Part shown: in pieces, positions 1-8,821 of the stretch
How positions within the stretch are numbered: the stretch's first letter is position 1
Layout: each line of letters opens with the position of its first letter
Source of the DNA: Candidatus Nitrospinota bacterium M3_3B_026
GTDB taxonomy: Bacteria > Nitrospinota_A > UBA7883 > JBPRGF01
Length of the DNA stretch: 64,000 nt
Direction of reading: 5' to 3'
Assembly: GCA_051418015.1 (NCBI GenBank)
Contig: JBPRGF010000031.1
Coordinates: 139,167-203,166 of the forward strand
Translations under genes and position numbers: made by a program
The notes under the pieces: generated by a model
Database searches by the model: none
Told to the model about the DNA's origin: nothing
Seen by the model: the letters and a program-made list of their open reading frames with translations, nothing else

Positions 1-910
1 GGGCGGCCTGCCTTTCCATGATGGATTTTTTTACGTAATCGGGCAGCTCCTCGAGTATGTCCCCCACATCCTGGATGAGCTTGGCGTGGCCCAGCTTTAT
101 CAGGCTGTTTGTCCCGCGGCTCTTGGGGGAGTTGGCCTGGCCGGGAAGCGAAAAGACGTCGCGGTTGTCGTCTATGGCGGCGTAGGCGGTTATCAGGGCG
201 CCGCTCTTTTCCGCCGCCTCGGTGACGAAAACGCCAAGCGACAGGCCGCTTATCACCCTGTTTCGCATGGGGAAATTCGCCTTGTCGGGCCTGGCCGTGA
301 AGGGAAACTGGCTGATGACGGCGCCGTTTCCGGCTATCGCGCGCTGCAGCCCCTTGTGCTCGGCGGGGTAATAGACGTTCAGCCCGCATCCCAGGACGGC
401 GATAGTCCGCCCGCCCGCATCCAGCGCGGCCCTGTGAGCCACGCCGTCCACCCCCCGGGCCAGGCCGGACACGATGGTCACCCCCGCCGCGGAAAGCTCC
501 CGCGCCATCTTCTCCGTCATCACCCTGCCGTAGCGGCTGGGCGTCCGGGAGCCGACGATGGCTATGGCGGCCGAGTCCTCCTCCCTCCATTCGCCCATGA
601 TCGAGAGGACCGGCGGGGGGGAGTAGGCGTTCTCCAGCGGTTTAGGGTAGCCCTCCTCGCCCAGGAGGACGATCGACGCCCCGGTCTTCCGGGCAAGCGC
701 AAGCTCCCGCTCCGTAGCGGCCTCCGGGTCGGCCCGCCTGATCGTCTCCGCGGCGGCGGGCGACAGGCCGTTTATCCGCGAAAGCTCCTCCACCTCCGCC
801 CTGAAGACATCCCTTGCCGAGCCAAAGGCGCCGATCAGCCGGTGATAGGTGACGGGTCCCACGGGCGGCAGGGTGTTGAGCGCTATCCGGCAAATCCTCT
901 CCTCGGTCAT
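1..910 (-). CDS. dprA: DNA-processing protein DprA/Smf (3' end runs off the window)
   Basis: Not in the ORF track. Manual translation from ATG 910 gives MTEERICRIALNTLPPVGPVTYHRLIGAFGS...NFPMRNRVISGLSLGVFVTEAAEKSGALITA...FSLPGQANSPKSRGTNSLIKLG, which are the DprA signature motifs. Confidence 0.93.
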   Translation of the reverse strand, partial: MTEERICRIALNTLPPVGPVTYHRLIGAFGSARDVFRAEVEELSRINGLSPAAAETIRRADPEAATERELALARKTGASIVLLGEEGYPKPLENAYSPPPVLSIMGEWREEDSAAIAIVGSRTPSRYGRVMTEKMARELSAAGVTIVSGLARGVDGVAHRAALDAGGRTIAVLGCGLNVYYPAEHKGLQRAIAGNGAVISQFPFTARPDKANFPMRNRVISGLSLGVFVTEAAEKSGALITAYAAIDDNRDVFSLPGQANSPKSRGTNSLIKLGHAKLIQDVGDILEELPDYVKKSIMERQAA

Positions 911-950
911 GGGAGGGGCGCCTCCGGTTTCGCCGCCATGCCCGTCCTCA

Positions 951-3857
951 TCAGGAATGTCTCGCCGGAGCGCTCTTCCTGGCCCCGACAAACCTCAAGT
1001 ATATGTCGCGGACAGCCTCCATGCGCTCCCGAGTGGCGTCCAGGAACCTGTCCGGCCCCACCCCGGCCTCCGCCACGCTCCGGGCCACGCGCCGCAGGGC
1101 GGAAATTGAAGTCGGCGCGACGCTGACGGCTCTCTCCGCGTCCATGCGCAGGGCGTCCTCTATGGCCCGGTAGAAGATGTAGGATCTTTCCAGCTCGGCG
1201 GCGTCCTCTTCGCCGAGCCATCCTTCGCCCCGGGCGGCCTGTATCGTGGCGATGGTCAGCGGGTCCTCGCCGGGGAAACCGGAGGGGAGACCGTTTTCCA
1301 GAAGGAGCCACTGGCAGATGAACTCTATCTCTATCAGCCCCCCTTTTCCGAACTTTATGTCCAGCGCGCCGGATTTTGTCTTCTCTTTGGCTATCCGCTC
1401 CCTTATAGCCGCTATGCCCGCCGCCTCCTCCGGCGTCAGGGGCGGGGTGGTGATGAAGGCGCCGATGGTCTCCATGACGCTGTCGGCCAATCCGTCGTCG
1501 CCTGAAATCGGGCGGGCGCCGACGAGGGCAAGCCTTTCCCAGGGCTGCGCCCTGTTCTTGTAATAGGCGGCCATGGAGCCGTAAGAGCGCGCCAGGGGGC
1601 CGTTCTCCCCGTCGGGCCTCAAGCGCATGTCCACGGCGTAGCCCTCGCCGTAGGGGGTCATCATTCCGCAAAGGCTTATGATCTTCTGGGTGAGGCGGGT
1701 GACGTAGGCTTTGGCATCCTCTCCGCCGTCGTAGAAAACCAGCATGTCAAGGTCCGAGCCGAAGTTCATCTCCCTCCTGCCGAGCTTCCCCGCGGCGAGA
1801 ATGACCCAGCGGGCGTCATCGGGGCGGGGGCCGGCCTCGGCCTCGGCCAGGCCGGAGATCTTGCGCAGGTACTCCTCGGCGATCACCGTAAGCCCCAGCA
1901 TCAGTTCGAACCTGTCGGCGAGGCCAAGCAGCCTGCGGACGCCGAGCCGCAGCCTCTCGGCCACGCGGAAGGCGTTGATCCGCGCCATTCTGTCCTCCAG
2001 ATTTTTACCCTCGGCGGCCTTGGCGGCCAGCTCGGCCCTGTAAGTCATCCTGTCGGCGGGTTTTCCTACGGGGTCCGCGCCGAGCAGCCGGTCCAGGATG
2101 TCCGGCTGTTTTATGAGGACCGACGTCAACCGCTCCGACGAGGAAAAGACCGCCGCCAGAAGCTTTATGACCGGCCTGTGCCTGTCCAGAAGCTCGTAGA
2201 GCATCTCCCTGCCGCCCTTGGCGTCCACGAACCTTTCAAACCCCATGATGACGTTGTCTGACCACGGCGCCGCGGCGGCCTCGGCGACGAGGGCCGGGCC
2301 GAACCTGTCGAAGGTCATCCTGCTTTTGTCCGAGGGGTGGGTGAAGGGGCGGCCGTTGCGCAAAGTGTTCAACGACCGCGCCGCGGCCTCGGGCTTGTCG
2401 AAACCCAGCGAGTCGAGCCATTCGGCCGCCGCCTCCTCGTTCTCAAGCGGCACGGGGAAGGATTCGGCGGGTTTTTTGTCCTTCGCGAAGAACATGTCGA
2501 ATATGGAGCGGACGCGCTTCCTGCGGCGCTCGACCCCCCTTCGCAAACGCTCCGCGGCGCCATCGCCGGAAAGGCCCATGAGCCTGCCGAGCGTCCCGAG
2601 CCTCTTTTCGTCGCCGGGCAGGGAATGGGTCTGTATCCCCTGGTGGTACTGGATCCTGTTCTCCAGCCTGCGGTAGAAGATGTAAGCCTCCTTCAGGTCA
2701 CGATGCCACGGGGCGGAAAGCAGGCCCAGCGAACGGCAGGCGGAAAGGGCCTCAAGCGTCGAGCGTGTCTGAAGCTCCGGGTACCTTGCGCCATACAGTA
2801 GCTGGAGAGCCTGGACGACGAACTCTATCTCCCGTATTCCGCCGCGCCCCAGCTTTATGTCCTTTGCGGCCCGCCCGGCGCCAATCCTTGCGTTGAGGGA
2901 CTGGTCGATCTTGTCCTTCATCGCCGAGATTTCGTCTATGGCGCGCTGGTCCAGGTATTTGCGGTAGACGAAAGGCTTCAGCCTTCCCAGTATCTCCTCC
3001 GAGACCTCCCTCGCCCCGCCGCAATGCCTCGCCTTGATGAGCGCCTGTCTTTCCCATTGCTGGCCCCAGGACTCGTAGTAAATCTCCATCGCGCCGATGG
3101 AGTTGGTTATCTCCCCCCTGTTTCCCTCCGGCCGCAGGTCAAGGTCCACGCGGAAGGCGATCCCGTCTTCCGTGGCCTCGCCCAGCAGGCGGACGGTCTC
3201 CCTTGCGATCTTCACGAAGAACTCGTGCAGGGAGACGACCCCGGCCCCGCCCTCCCGGCCCCTGGTCTGGCCGCGGTCGGAGGTGTGGACGAACACGATG
3301 TCCACGTCGGAGGAGATGTTCAGCTCCCGGCCCCCGAGCTTGCCCAGCCCCAGGACGCATATCCGAGCCAGCTTCTCCCCGGAGCCTTCAAGCTCCGTGT
3401 AGAGCGGGACGCCGTGGACCTTGAGGGCCTCGCGCTCCGCGATGGACAGGGCCGCGTCGATGGCAAGCTCCGCCACCGCCGACCATTCCTCCATGGTCTC
3501 CTCAAGATCGGCCAGGCCGGAGAGCTCCCTGGCTGCGATCCTGGCAAGCTCCCTGCTCCTGAAACGCCGCAGGGCGGGCATGGGCGCCATCGAGGAGAGC
3601 AGCAGCGCAAGGCTGCTGGACATATCCTCCGTATCGCGGGGTTTTTCGAGCTTGCCGTCCTCCACCAGCCAGTCGATGTCCTCCGGGCGCGAAAGCAGCC
3701 AATGCGTCAGAAACTCGCTCCCGGTGAAAAGATGGGCAAGGACAAAGAGTTTTTTTTCATTTTCGGCGAGGGCCGGCCGGGCCGCCAGGGTTCTTTCAAG
3801 CCCGGCCAGGGCCGCCCCGGGATCGGCTGTCTTCGCGGCGATATCTTCCAGGGTCAT
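951..3857 (-). CDS. glnE: Bifunctional glutamine synthetase adenylyltransferase/adenylyl-removing enzyme
   Basis: Two nucleotidyltransferase halves (GKLGGRELNISSDVD...DLDLRPEG; GKLGRREMNFGSDLD...DMRLRPDG) plus DIKLGRGGIREIEF. ATG 3857 overlaps the upstream stop (ATGA). Confidence 0.96.
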   Translation of the reverse strand: MTLEDIAAKTADPGAALAGLERTLAARPALAENEKKLFVLAHLFTGSEFLTHWLLSRPEDIDWLVEDGKLEKPRDTEDMSSSLALLLSSMAPMPALRRFRSRELARIAARELSGLADLEETMEEWSAVAELAIDAALSIAEREALKVHGVPLYTELEGSGEKLARICVLGLGKLGGRELNISSDVDIVFVHTSDRGQTRGREGGAGVVSLHEFFVKIARETVRLLGEATEDGIAFRVDLDLRPEGNRGEITNSIGAMEIYYESWGQQWERQALIKARHCGGAREVSEEILGRLKPFVYRKYLDQRAIDEISAMKDKIDQSLNARIGAGRAAKDIKLGRGGIREIEFVVQALQLLYGARYPELQTRSTLEALSACRSLGLLSAPWHRDLKEAYIFYRRLENRIQYHQGIQTHSLPGDEKRLGTLGRLMGLSGDGAAERLRRGVERRRKRVRSIFDMFFAKDKKPAESFPVPLENEEAAAEWLDSLGFDKPEAAARSLNTLRNGRPFTHPSDKSRMTFDRFGPALVAEAAAAPWSDNVIMGFERFVDAKGGREMLYELLDRHRPVIKLLAAVFSSSERLTSVLIKQPDILDRLLGADPVGKPADRMTYRAELAAKAAEGKNLEDRMARINAFRVAERLRLGVRRLLGLADRFELMLGLTVIAEEYLRKISGLAEAEAGPRPDDARWVILAAGKLGRREMNFGSDLDMLVFYDGGEDAKAYVTRLTQKIISLCGMMTPYGEGYAVDMRLRPDGENGPLARSYGSMAAYYKNRAQPWERLALVGARPISGDDGLADSVMETIGAFITTPPLTPEEAAGIAAIRERIAKEKTKSGALDIKFGKGGLIEIEFICQWLLLENGLPSGFPGEDPLTIATIQAARGEGWLGEEDAAELERSYIFYRAIEDALRMDAERAVSVAPTSISALRRVARSVAEAGVGPDRFLDATRERMEAVRDIYLRFVGARKSAPARHS

Positions 3858-5320
3858 CGTCTCAGCGCGCCGTCTTCCCCATCCCCGCCCTGTCCGGGGA
3901 CGGCCTCCCATCCCTCGACCCCAAGCTCCCTGATCTTCTTGGTGAGGGTGTTCCTGTTCATGCCCAGCAGCCGGGCCGCGGGGACGCGCGCCCCGCCGGT
4001 CTTCCGCAAAGCGTCTTCTATGAGCGCTTTCTCGACCCGCCCTACCACCTCGTAGTAGACCTTTCCCTCCCCCGCCGCGGCGGCGGCCCGCTGGACGGCC
4101 CTCTTGAGATCGCCGCCGCGGTCCGGCCCTCCCGCCACGCCGCCAAGCTCCGGGGGGAGAGAGTCCAGGGTTATGGCGCCGCCGGGGGACATGATGACCG
4201 CTCTCCTGAGAACGTTCTCGAGTTCACGGACGTTGCCCGGCCAGTCATGGACCGCGAGCAGCTCCATCGCCTGGGGGGTCACGGTTTTTGGTTTTTCGTT
4301 GAAGGCGCGGGCTATCTTCGAGAGGATATGCTCCGTCAGCAGCGGTATGTCCTCCGTCCGCTTTCGCAGCGGCGGCAGGCTTATGTGTATGACGTTCAGC
4401 CTGTGATACAGGTCCTCGCGGAACCGGCCCGCCGCCACGTCCGAGGCCAGATCCCTGTTCGTCGCCGCCAGCACCCTCACGTCCACCCTGACCGGCCTCG
4501 TCCCCCCAACGGAGTAAAGCTCCCCGTCCTGCAGGACGCGCAACATCTTCGCCTGCAGGTCCGCGGGCATGTCGCCTATCTCGTCGAGGAGGATCACCCC
4601 CCCGCTCGCGGCCTGGAACTTGCCGGTCTTGTCCTCCACGGCGCCGGTGAAGGCGCCCTTGACGTGGCCGAAAAGCTCCGACTCCAGCAGGTCCTTCGGT
4701 ATCGCCGCGCAGTTCACCGTGACGAAGGGCCCGCCCGCCCGGGGCGAGTTCGCGCTCAAAGCCCGGGCGACCAGCTCCTTGCCCGCGCCCGTGGGGCCGG
4801 TTATCAACACCGTCGCGTCCGCCCCCGCGGCCCTGCCGATGAGCTTGAACACCTCCTGCATCGCAGGCGACCTCCCCACGATCTCGTCCCCCGGCGCGGC
4901 CGGCTCGGCGGATTTCAGCTCCGCCAGCTCCCGGGCCATCCGCCTGTATTCCATGACCCTGTCCACGAGTATCTCCACCTCGTCCAGGTCGAAAGGTTTC
5001 GTGAGGTAGTCGAAGGCGCCTTTCTGCATCGCCTTGATGGCGTTGCCCATCGTCGCCTCCGCCGTCATCATGACGACAGACGGCGCGGCGGGGCGCTTCC
5101 TGATCTTTTCGAGCAGGTCCAGCCCGGAGCCGTCCGGCAGGACGATGTCCACGAAGGCCAGCGAATACCCCCCTTCGTTCAGGAGTTCCTCCGCCTCGGC
5201 CACGGTCTCCGCCGTGTCGACGTGGAAGTCCCTGCGGGCGAGGTCCCGGGACAGGACTATCCTCAGGGTCCTCTCGTCATCCAGGACGAGTATCTTTTTT
5301 TTCTCTTCCTTTTCGTTCAT
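3854..5320 (-). CDS. ntrC: Sigma-54-dependent response regulator, NtrC family
   Basis: Receiver domain, AAA+ domain with GPTGAGKEL and ELFGHVKGAFTGA, and C-terminal Fis HTH AARLLGMNRNTLTKK. Coupled to glnE. The family is certain; orthology to NtrC is probable. Confidence 0.8.
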   Translation of the reverse strand: MNEKEEKKKILVLDDERTLRIVLSRDLARRDFHVDTAETVAEAEELLNEGGYSLAFVDIVLPDGSGLDLLEKIRKRPAAPSVVMMTAEATMGNAIKAMQKGAFDYLTKPFDLDEVEILVDRVMEYRRMARELAELKSAEPAAPGDEIVGRSPAMQEVFKLIGRAAGADATVLITGPTGAGKELVARALSANSPRAGGPFVTVNCAAIPKDLLESELFGHVKGAFTGAVEDKTGKFQAASGGVILLDEIGDMPADLQAKMLRVLQDGELYSVGGTRPVRVDVRVLAATNRDLASDVAAGRFREDLYHRLNVIHISLPPLRKRTEDIPLLTEHILSKIARAFNEKPKTVTPQAMELLAVHDWPGNVRELENVLRRAVIMSPGGAITLDSLPPELGGVAGGPDRGGDLKRAVQRAAAAAGEGKVYYEVVGRVEKALIEDALRKTGGARVPAARLLGMNRNTLTKKIRELGVEGWEAVPGQGGDGEDGALRR

Positions 5321-5423
5321 GCGATCCCGGCCGCGCGGCCTGAAATTAAAATCAATTTCAGTTTATCATCAGTATGCGCTAGGATTATCGCCGAACGAGG
5401 GTTCTTTGAGAAACGGAGACTTC

Positions 5424-6467
5424 ATGAACGACCCGATGACCTACCGGTCCTCCGGGGTGGACATAGACGCCGGAGCGGAGGCGGTCCGCAGGATAAAAGA
5501 AGCGGTCAAGGCCACCCACGGGCCCGCCGTGCTCACCGGGGTCGGGAGCTTCGGCTCCCTTTTCGACCTATCGGAGGTGTTGAAAGATTACAGGGAGCCG
5601 GCGCTGGTCCAGAGCGTGGACGGCGTCGGCACCAAGCTTATGGTGGCCGCCATGGCGGGGCGGTACGACAGCGTGGGCGTGGACATCGTGAACCACTGCC
5701 TCAACGACATCCTGTGCCAGGGCGCGAAGGGCTTGACTTTCCTTGACTACATCGCCGTGGAGACCCTGCGGCCCGAAATGGCCCAGGGGCTGGTGGGGGG
5801 GATGGCCCGGGCCTGCGCCGAGGCGGGCGTGGCGCTCGTTGGCGGGGAGACGGCGGAGCTGCCGGGGATATACGTGAAGGGCGAGTATGACCTCGCCGGG
5901 GTCATCACCGGCGTGGTGGAAAAGTCGAAAATAATAACCGGCCGGAACATCGCCCCCGGCGACGCGATCGTGGGGCTGCCCTCCAGCGGGCTCCACACGA
6001 ACGGCTACACCCTGGCCCGAAGGGTCATCTTCGGCAAGCTTGAGATGACGATGGACACCATCCCGCGGGAGCTTGGAAAACCCGTGGGGGAGGAGCTTCT
6101 GGAGCCGCACCGGGACTACTCGAAGGCGCTGTGGCCACTTCTCCAGAAGTTCGACGTGAAAGGGCTCGCGCACATCACCGGCGGCGGGCTCATCGACAAC
6201 ATCCCCAGGATACTGCCGTCCGGCGTGGACGCGGCGATAAAACTTTCGGCGTGGGAGACTCCCGCCATATTCCGCCTGATCCAGGAAGGCGGAGACGTCC
6301 CCGCCGATGACATGTACAGAACGTTCAACATGGGGATGGGGATGGTGGCCGTGACCGGCCCGGACGAGGCGCAGGGGCTGATGGACGGCTTGCGCGGCGC
6401 GGGACACGGCCCAGTGGTCATCGGGGAAATAGTGGAAGGATCGGGCGTTGTGAGGCTGCTTAAGTGA
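5424..6467 (+). CDS. purM: Phosphoribosylformylglycinamidine cyclo-ligase (AIR synthetase)
   Basis: TYRSSGVDIDAG, DGVGTKL, GGETAELPG, SSGLHTNGY, HITGGG, TFNMG. Start trimmed from the ORF-track 5034. Confidence 0.96.
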   Translation: MNDPMTYRSSGVDIDAGAEAVRRIKEAVKATHGPAVLTGVGSFGSLFDLSEVLKDYREPALVQSVDGVGTKLMVAAMAGRYDSVGVDIVNHCLNDILCQGAKGLTFLDYIAVETLRPEMAQGLVGGMARACAEAGVALVGGETAELPGIYVKGEYDLAGVITGVVEKSKIITGRNIAPGDAIVGLPSSGLHTNGYTLARRVIFGKLEMTMDTIPRELGKPVGEELLEPHRDYSKALWPLLQKFDVKGLAHITGGGLIDNIPRILPSGVDAAIKLSAWETPAIFRLIQEGGDVPADDMYRTFNMGMGMVAVTGPDEAQGLMDGLRGAGHGPVVIGEIVEGSGVVRLLK

Positions 6468-6489
6468 ACTCCGCTGGCGAAGGGCCTTG

Positions 6490-7089
6490 TCAGGCCGCCG
6501 GGCCGGAGGGTTTGGAGCCTCCGTTTATGAGGTCCTTGAAGTAGTCCACCACTTCGGGCGAGTCCCACTCCCTCATGCCGTTGGCCTTGCTCACAATCCG
6601 CCCCTCGGGGTCGATTATGTACGTCTGGGGTATGCTCACGATCCCGTACATTCTGCTTGTTTTGTTGTCGCGGTCTAGCAGGACCGTGAAATCAAGCCCC
6701 ATCTCCTCCACGAACTGGCGCACCCTCTCCGCGGGCAGGTCGTCGATGCTGATGGCGACCATCTCGAAAGGCTTGCCCGCAAGCTTTTTGTGGAGCTTGT
6801 TCATCATGGGCATCTCCACGACGCAGGGGCCGCACCATGTGGCCCAGAAGTTGACGAACACCCATTTGCCCCGCAGGTTTGACAGGGAGATATCCCCGCC
6901 GGAGATAGAGGGAAGCGTGAAATCCGGCGCGACAACATCCTCCTTGGCGGCCAGCGCGGCGCCGACGGACGACCCCGCCTCCGCGGCGCGCCCCCGCTTG
7001 TCGATGTCGGCCGAAGCGGCCATGTAACCCAGCGCGAAGGTCGCCGCCAGGACGAGGAATGTCCTCCCTCCGAAAATATCCTTTTTCAT
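6490..7089 (-). CDS. TlpA/ResA-family thiol:disulfide oxidoreductase
   Basis: N-terminal membrane anchor, APDFTL, NFWATWCGPCVVEMP, cis-Pro loop IPQTYIID. Confidence 0.9.
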   Translation of the reverse strand: MKKDIFGGRTFLVLAATFALGYMAASADIDKRGRAAEAGSSVGAALAAKEDVVAPDFTLPSISGGDISLSNLRGKWVFVNFWATWCGPCVVEMPMMNKLHKKLAGKPFEMVAISIDDLPAERVRQFVEEMGLDFTVLLDRDNKTSRMYGIVSIPQTYIIDPEGRIVSKANGMREWDSPEVVDYFKDLINGGSKPSGPAA

Positions 7090-7177
7090 CTTCCGTTTCC
7101 AGCCCCCGGTTGTCTTAAGTATATATGAAAATTTTGACGCAAACGCCCTTCCGCGTCAACACCGGGGTAAGAGCGCG

Positions 7178-7186
7178 TGTTATAAT
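7178..7186 (+). promoter_or_regulatory. Extended -10 promoter (TGtTATAAT) upstream of the CsgG-family gene
   Basis: Exact TGnTATAAT about 80 nt before ATG 7268. Confidence 0.5.
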
Positions 7187-7267
7187 TCTGCCCATCTCAT
7201 GCAGGTACCAGATAAACAAATCAATGAATATCAGATCAATGAATATCAGACTCGCAGGGAGGATTTC

Positions 7268-7981
7268 ATGAAAAAGATTCTGTCCTTTGCCGGGCTGTTG
7301 GCCCTGGCATCCATCCTCACGGCGGTCCCGGCCGAGGCGGCCAAGCCTATCCTGGCCGTAGATGAGTTCAAGAACGACACCCGCGCCCACTGGTGGAAAG
7401 GCGGTACCGGGCGCGACCTCGCCGGAATGCTGACCAACGAGCTGGCCGCCGGGGGCAAGCTGAAGATGGTCGAGCGCAAGAAGCTGGAGTCGGTCCTGAA
7501 GGAGCAGGACCTTGGCGCCTCCGGCAGGATACGCAAAGACACCGCCGCCCAGATCGGCAAGCTGACGGGCGCGCAGTACCTTGTGATGGGCACCGTCACC
7601 GCCTTCGAGGAGGACACCTCCAAAGTCGGCGGGGGCTTGAGTTTCAAGGGTTTCTCTCTAGGCGGCAAGAAAAAGAAGGCTTACTTGGCCGTGGACCTGC
7701 GGGTCGTGAACACGACGACGGGCGACATCAGCTTCACCAGGACCGTCGAGGCATCCTCCAGCGGCGGGGGCCTGAGCCTCGGCGTGTTCAGGGGCGGATT
7801 CGGCGGAACCCTCGGCGGGGAGGAAAAGACTCCCGTGGGGAAAGCCATCCGCGCCTGCGTGATCGAGATCTCCGAATACCTGGAGTGCATGATGGTCAAG
7901 AAGGACTCATGTATGCAGGAGTACGAGGCGAAGGAGGAGCGGCGCAGGGAGAGAACCAAAGGCGCCATAGAGCTCGAATAG
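7268..7981 (+). CDS. CsgG/HfaB-family exported protein
   Basis: GGAGGA ribosome-binding site, signal peptide, and VERKKLESVLKEQDL...IGKLTGAQYLVMGTVTAF...VDLRVVNTTTG typical of the CsgG family. Confidence 0.8.
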   Translation: MKKILSFAGLLALASILTAVPAEAAKPILAVDEFKNDTRAHWWKGGTGRDLAGMLTNELAAGGKLKMVERKKLESVLKEQDLGASGRIRKDTAAQIGKLTGAQYLVMGTVTAFEEDTSKVGGGLSFKGFSLGGKKKKAYLAVDLRVVNTTTGDISFTRTVEASSSGGGLSLGVFRGGFGGTLGGEEKTPVGKAIRACVIEISEYLECMMVKKDSCMQEYEAKEERRRERTKGAIELE

Positions 7982-8000
7982 CGGCGATACGCACTTGATG

Positions 8001-8036
8001 GCCGGGCTCCGGGCTTTCGCGGGCCCGGCTTTTTTT
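8001..8036 (+). terminator. Rho-independent terminator
   Basis: GCCGGGCTC/GGGCCCGGC stem followed by T7, between convergent genes. Confidence 0.75.
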
Positions 8037-8060
8037 GCGCAAAGAAGGGGGGGGCCGGCC

Positions 8061-8696
8061 TTACCCTACAAAAAACCTCAGCGCCGCGAAGCCGAGGATC
8101 AACAGGGCGGCGAAGGCCCACGAAAGCACGGTTATGTACTTATCGATGAAGGCGCGGATGGCCGGACCGAAAAAGTAGACTAAAACCCCCTCGGTGTAGA
8201 ACCTCAGCCCCCGGCCCGCGATCGAAGCCAGGATGAAGGTTAAGAACCCGACCTCAAAAGCCCCCGCGGCTATGGTGAAGACTTTATAGGGGATCGGCGA
8301 CACGCCCGCCACCAGCGCCACCAGCGCGTTGTATTCCTCGTACAGGCCCTGGATGCTCGTGTACTTTTCCGCCAGGCCGTAAAACTCTATGATCCTGAGC
8401 CCCACGGTCTCTATGAAAAAGCGTCCGATGAAATATCCAAAGGCCCCGCCAAGGACCGACCCGGCCGTGCATACCGTGGCGTACCATATCGCCCTGGCGG
8501 GCTTCGAGAGCCCCAACGCGAGGAGCAGCGGATCCGGCGGGATCGGGAAAAAAGAGGACTCCGCGAAGGAAAGGATGAAAAGGGCCGGGGTCCCGTAGGG
8601 CGTCTCTGCCCAAGAGAGGACCCAGCCGTAAAGTTTTTTGAGGAGCCCCTCCTTGGCACGTCGGGAGACCGTCGTTGTTTCACCGTCGCTTGTCAT
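8061..8696 (-). CDS. YqaA/DedA-family (VTT domain) membrane protein
   Basis: SFAESSFFPIPPDPLL, GSVLGG, SPIPYKVFTIAAG, GRGLRF. Confidence 0.9.
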   Translation of the reverse strand: MTSDGETTTVSRRAKEGLLKKLYGWVLSWAETPYGTPALFILSFAESSFFPIPPDPLLLALGLSKPARAIWYATVCTAGSVLGGAFGYFIGRFFIETVGLRIIEFYGLAEKYTSIQGLYEEYNALVALVAGVSPIPYKVFTIAAGAFEVGFLTFILASIAGRGLRFYTEGVLVYFFGPAIRAFIDKYITVLSWAFAALLILGFAALRFFVG

Positions 8697-8821
8697 CGGA
8701 GTATTTTACAGGCCGTTTCCCTTCCTTGCACAGGAAAAGCCCGGCGCGGCCGAAGCGGATTGATATTAAAATGAAAGGATGCCATATTTGTTTTTGTAAC
8801 GGCCCGGAATAATCTGAGAAT

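Noticed and set aside
86..1126. 346-aa plus-strand ORF
   Set aside because: Antisense shadow of dprA and the glnE 3' end. The minus-strand frames carry the recognisable motifs.
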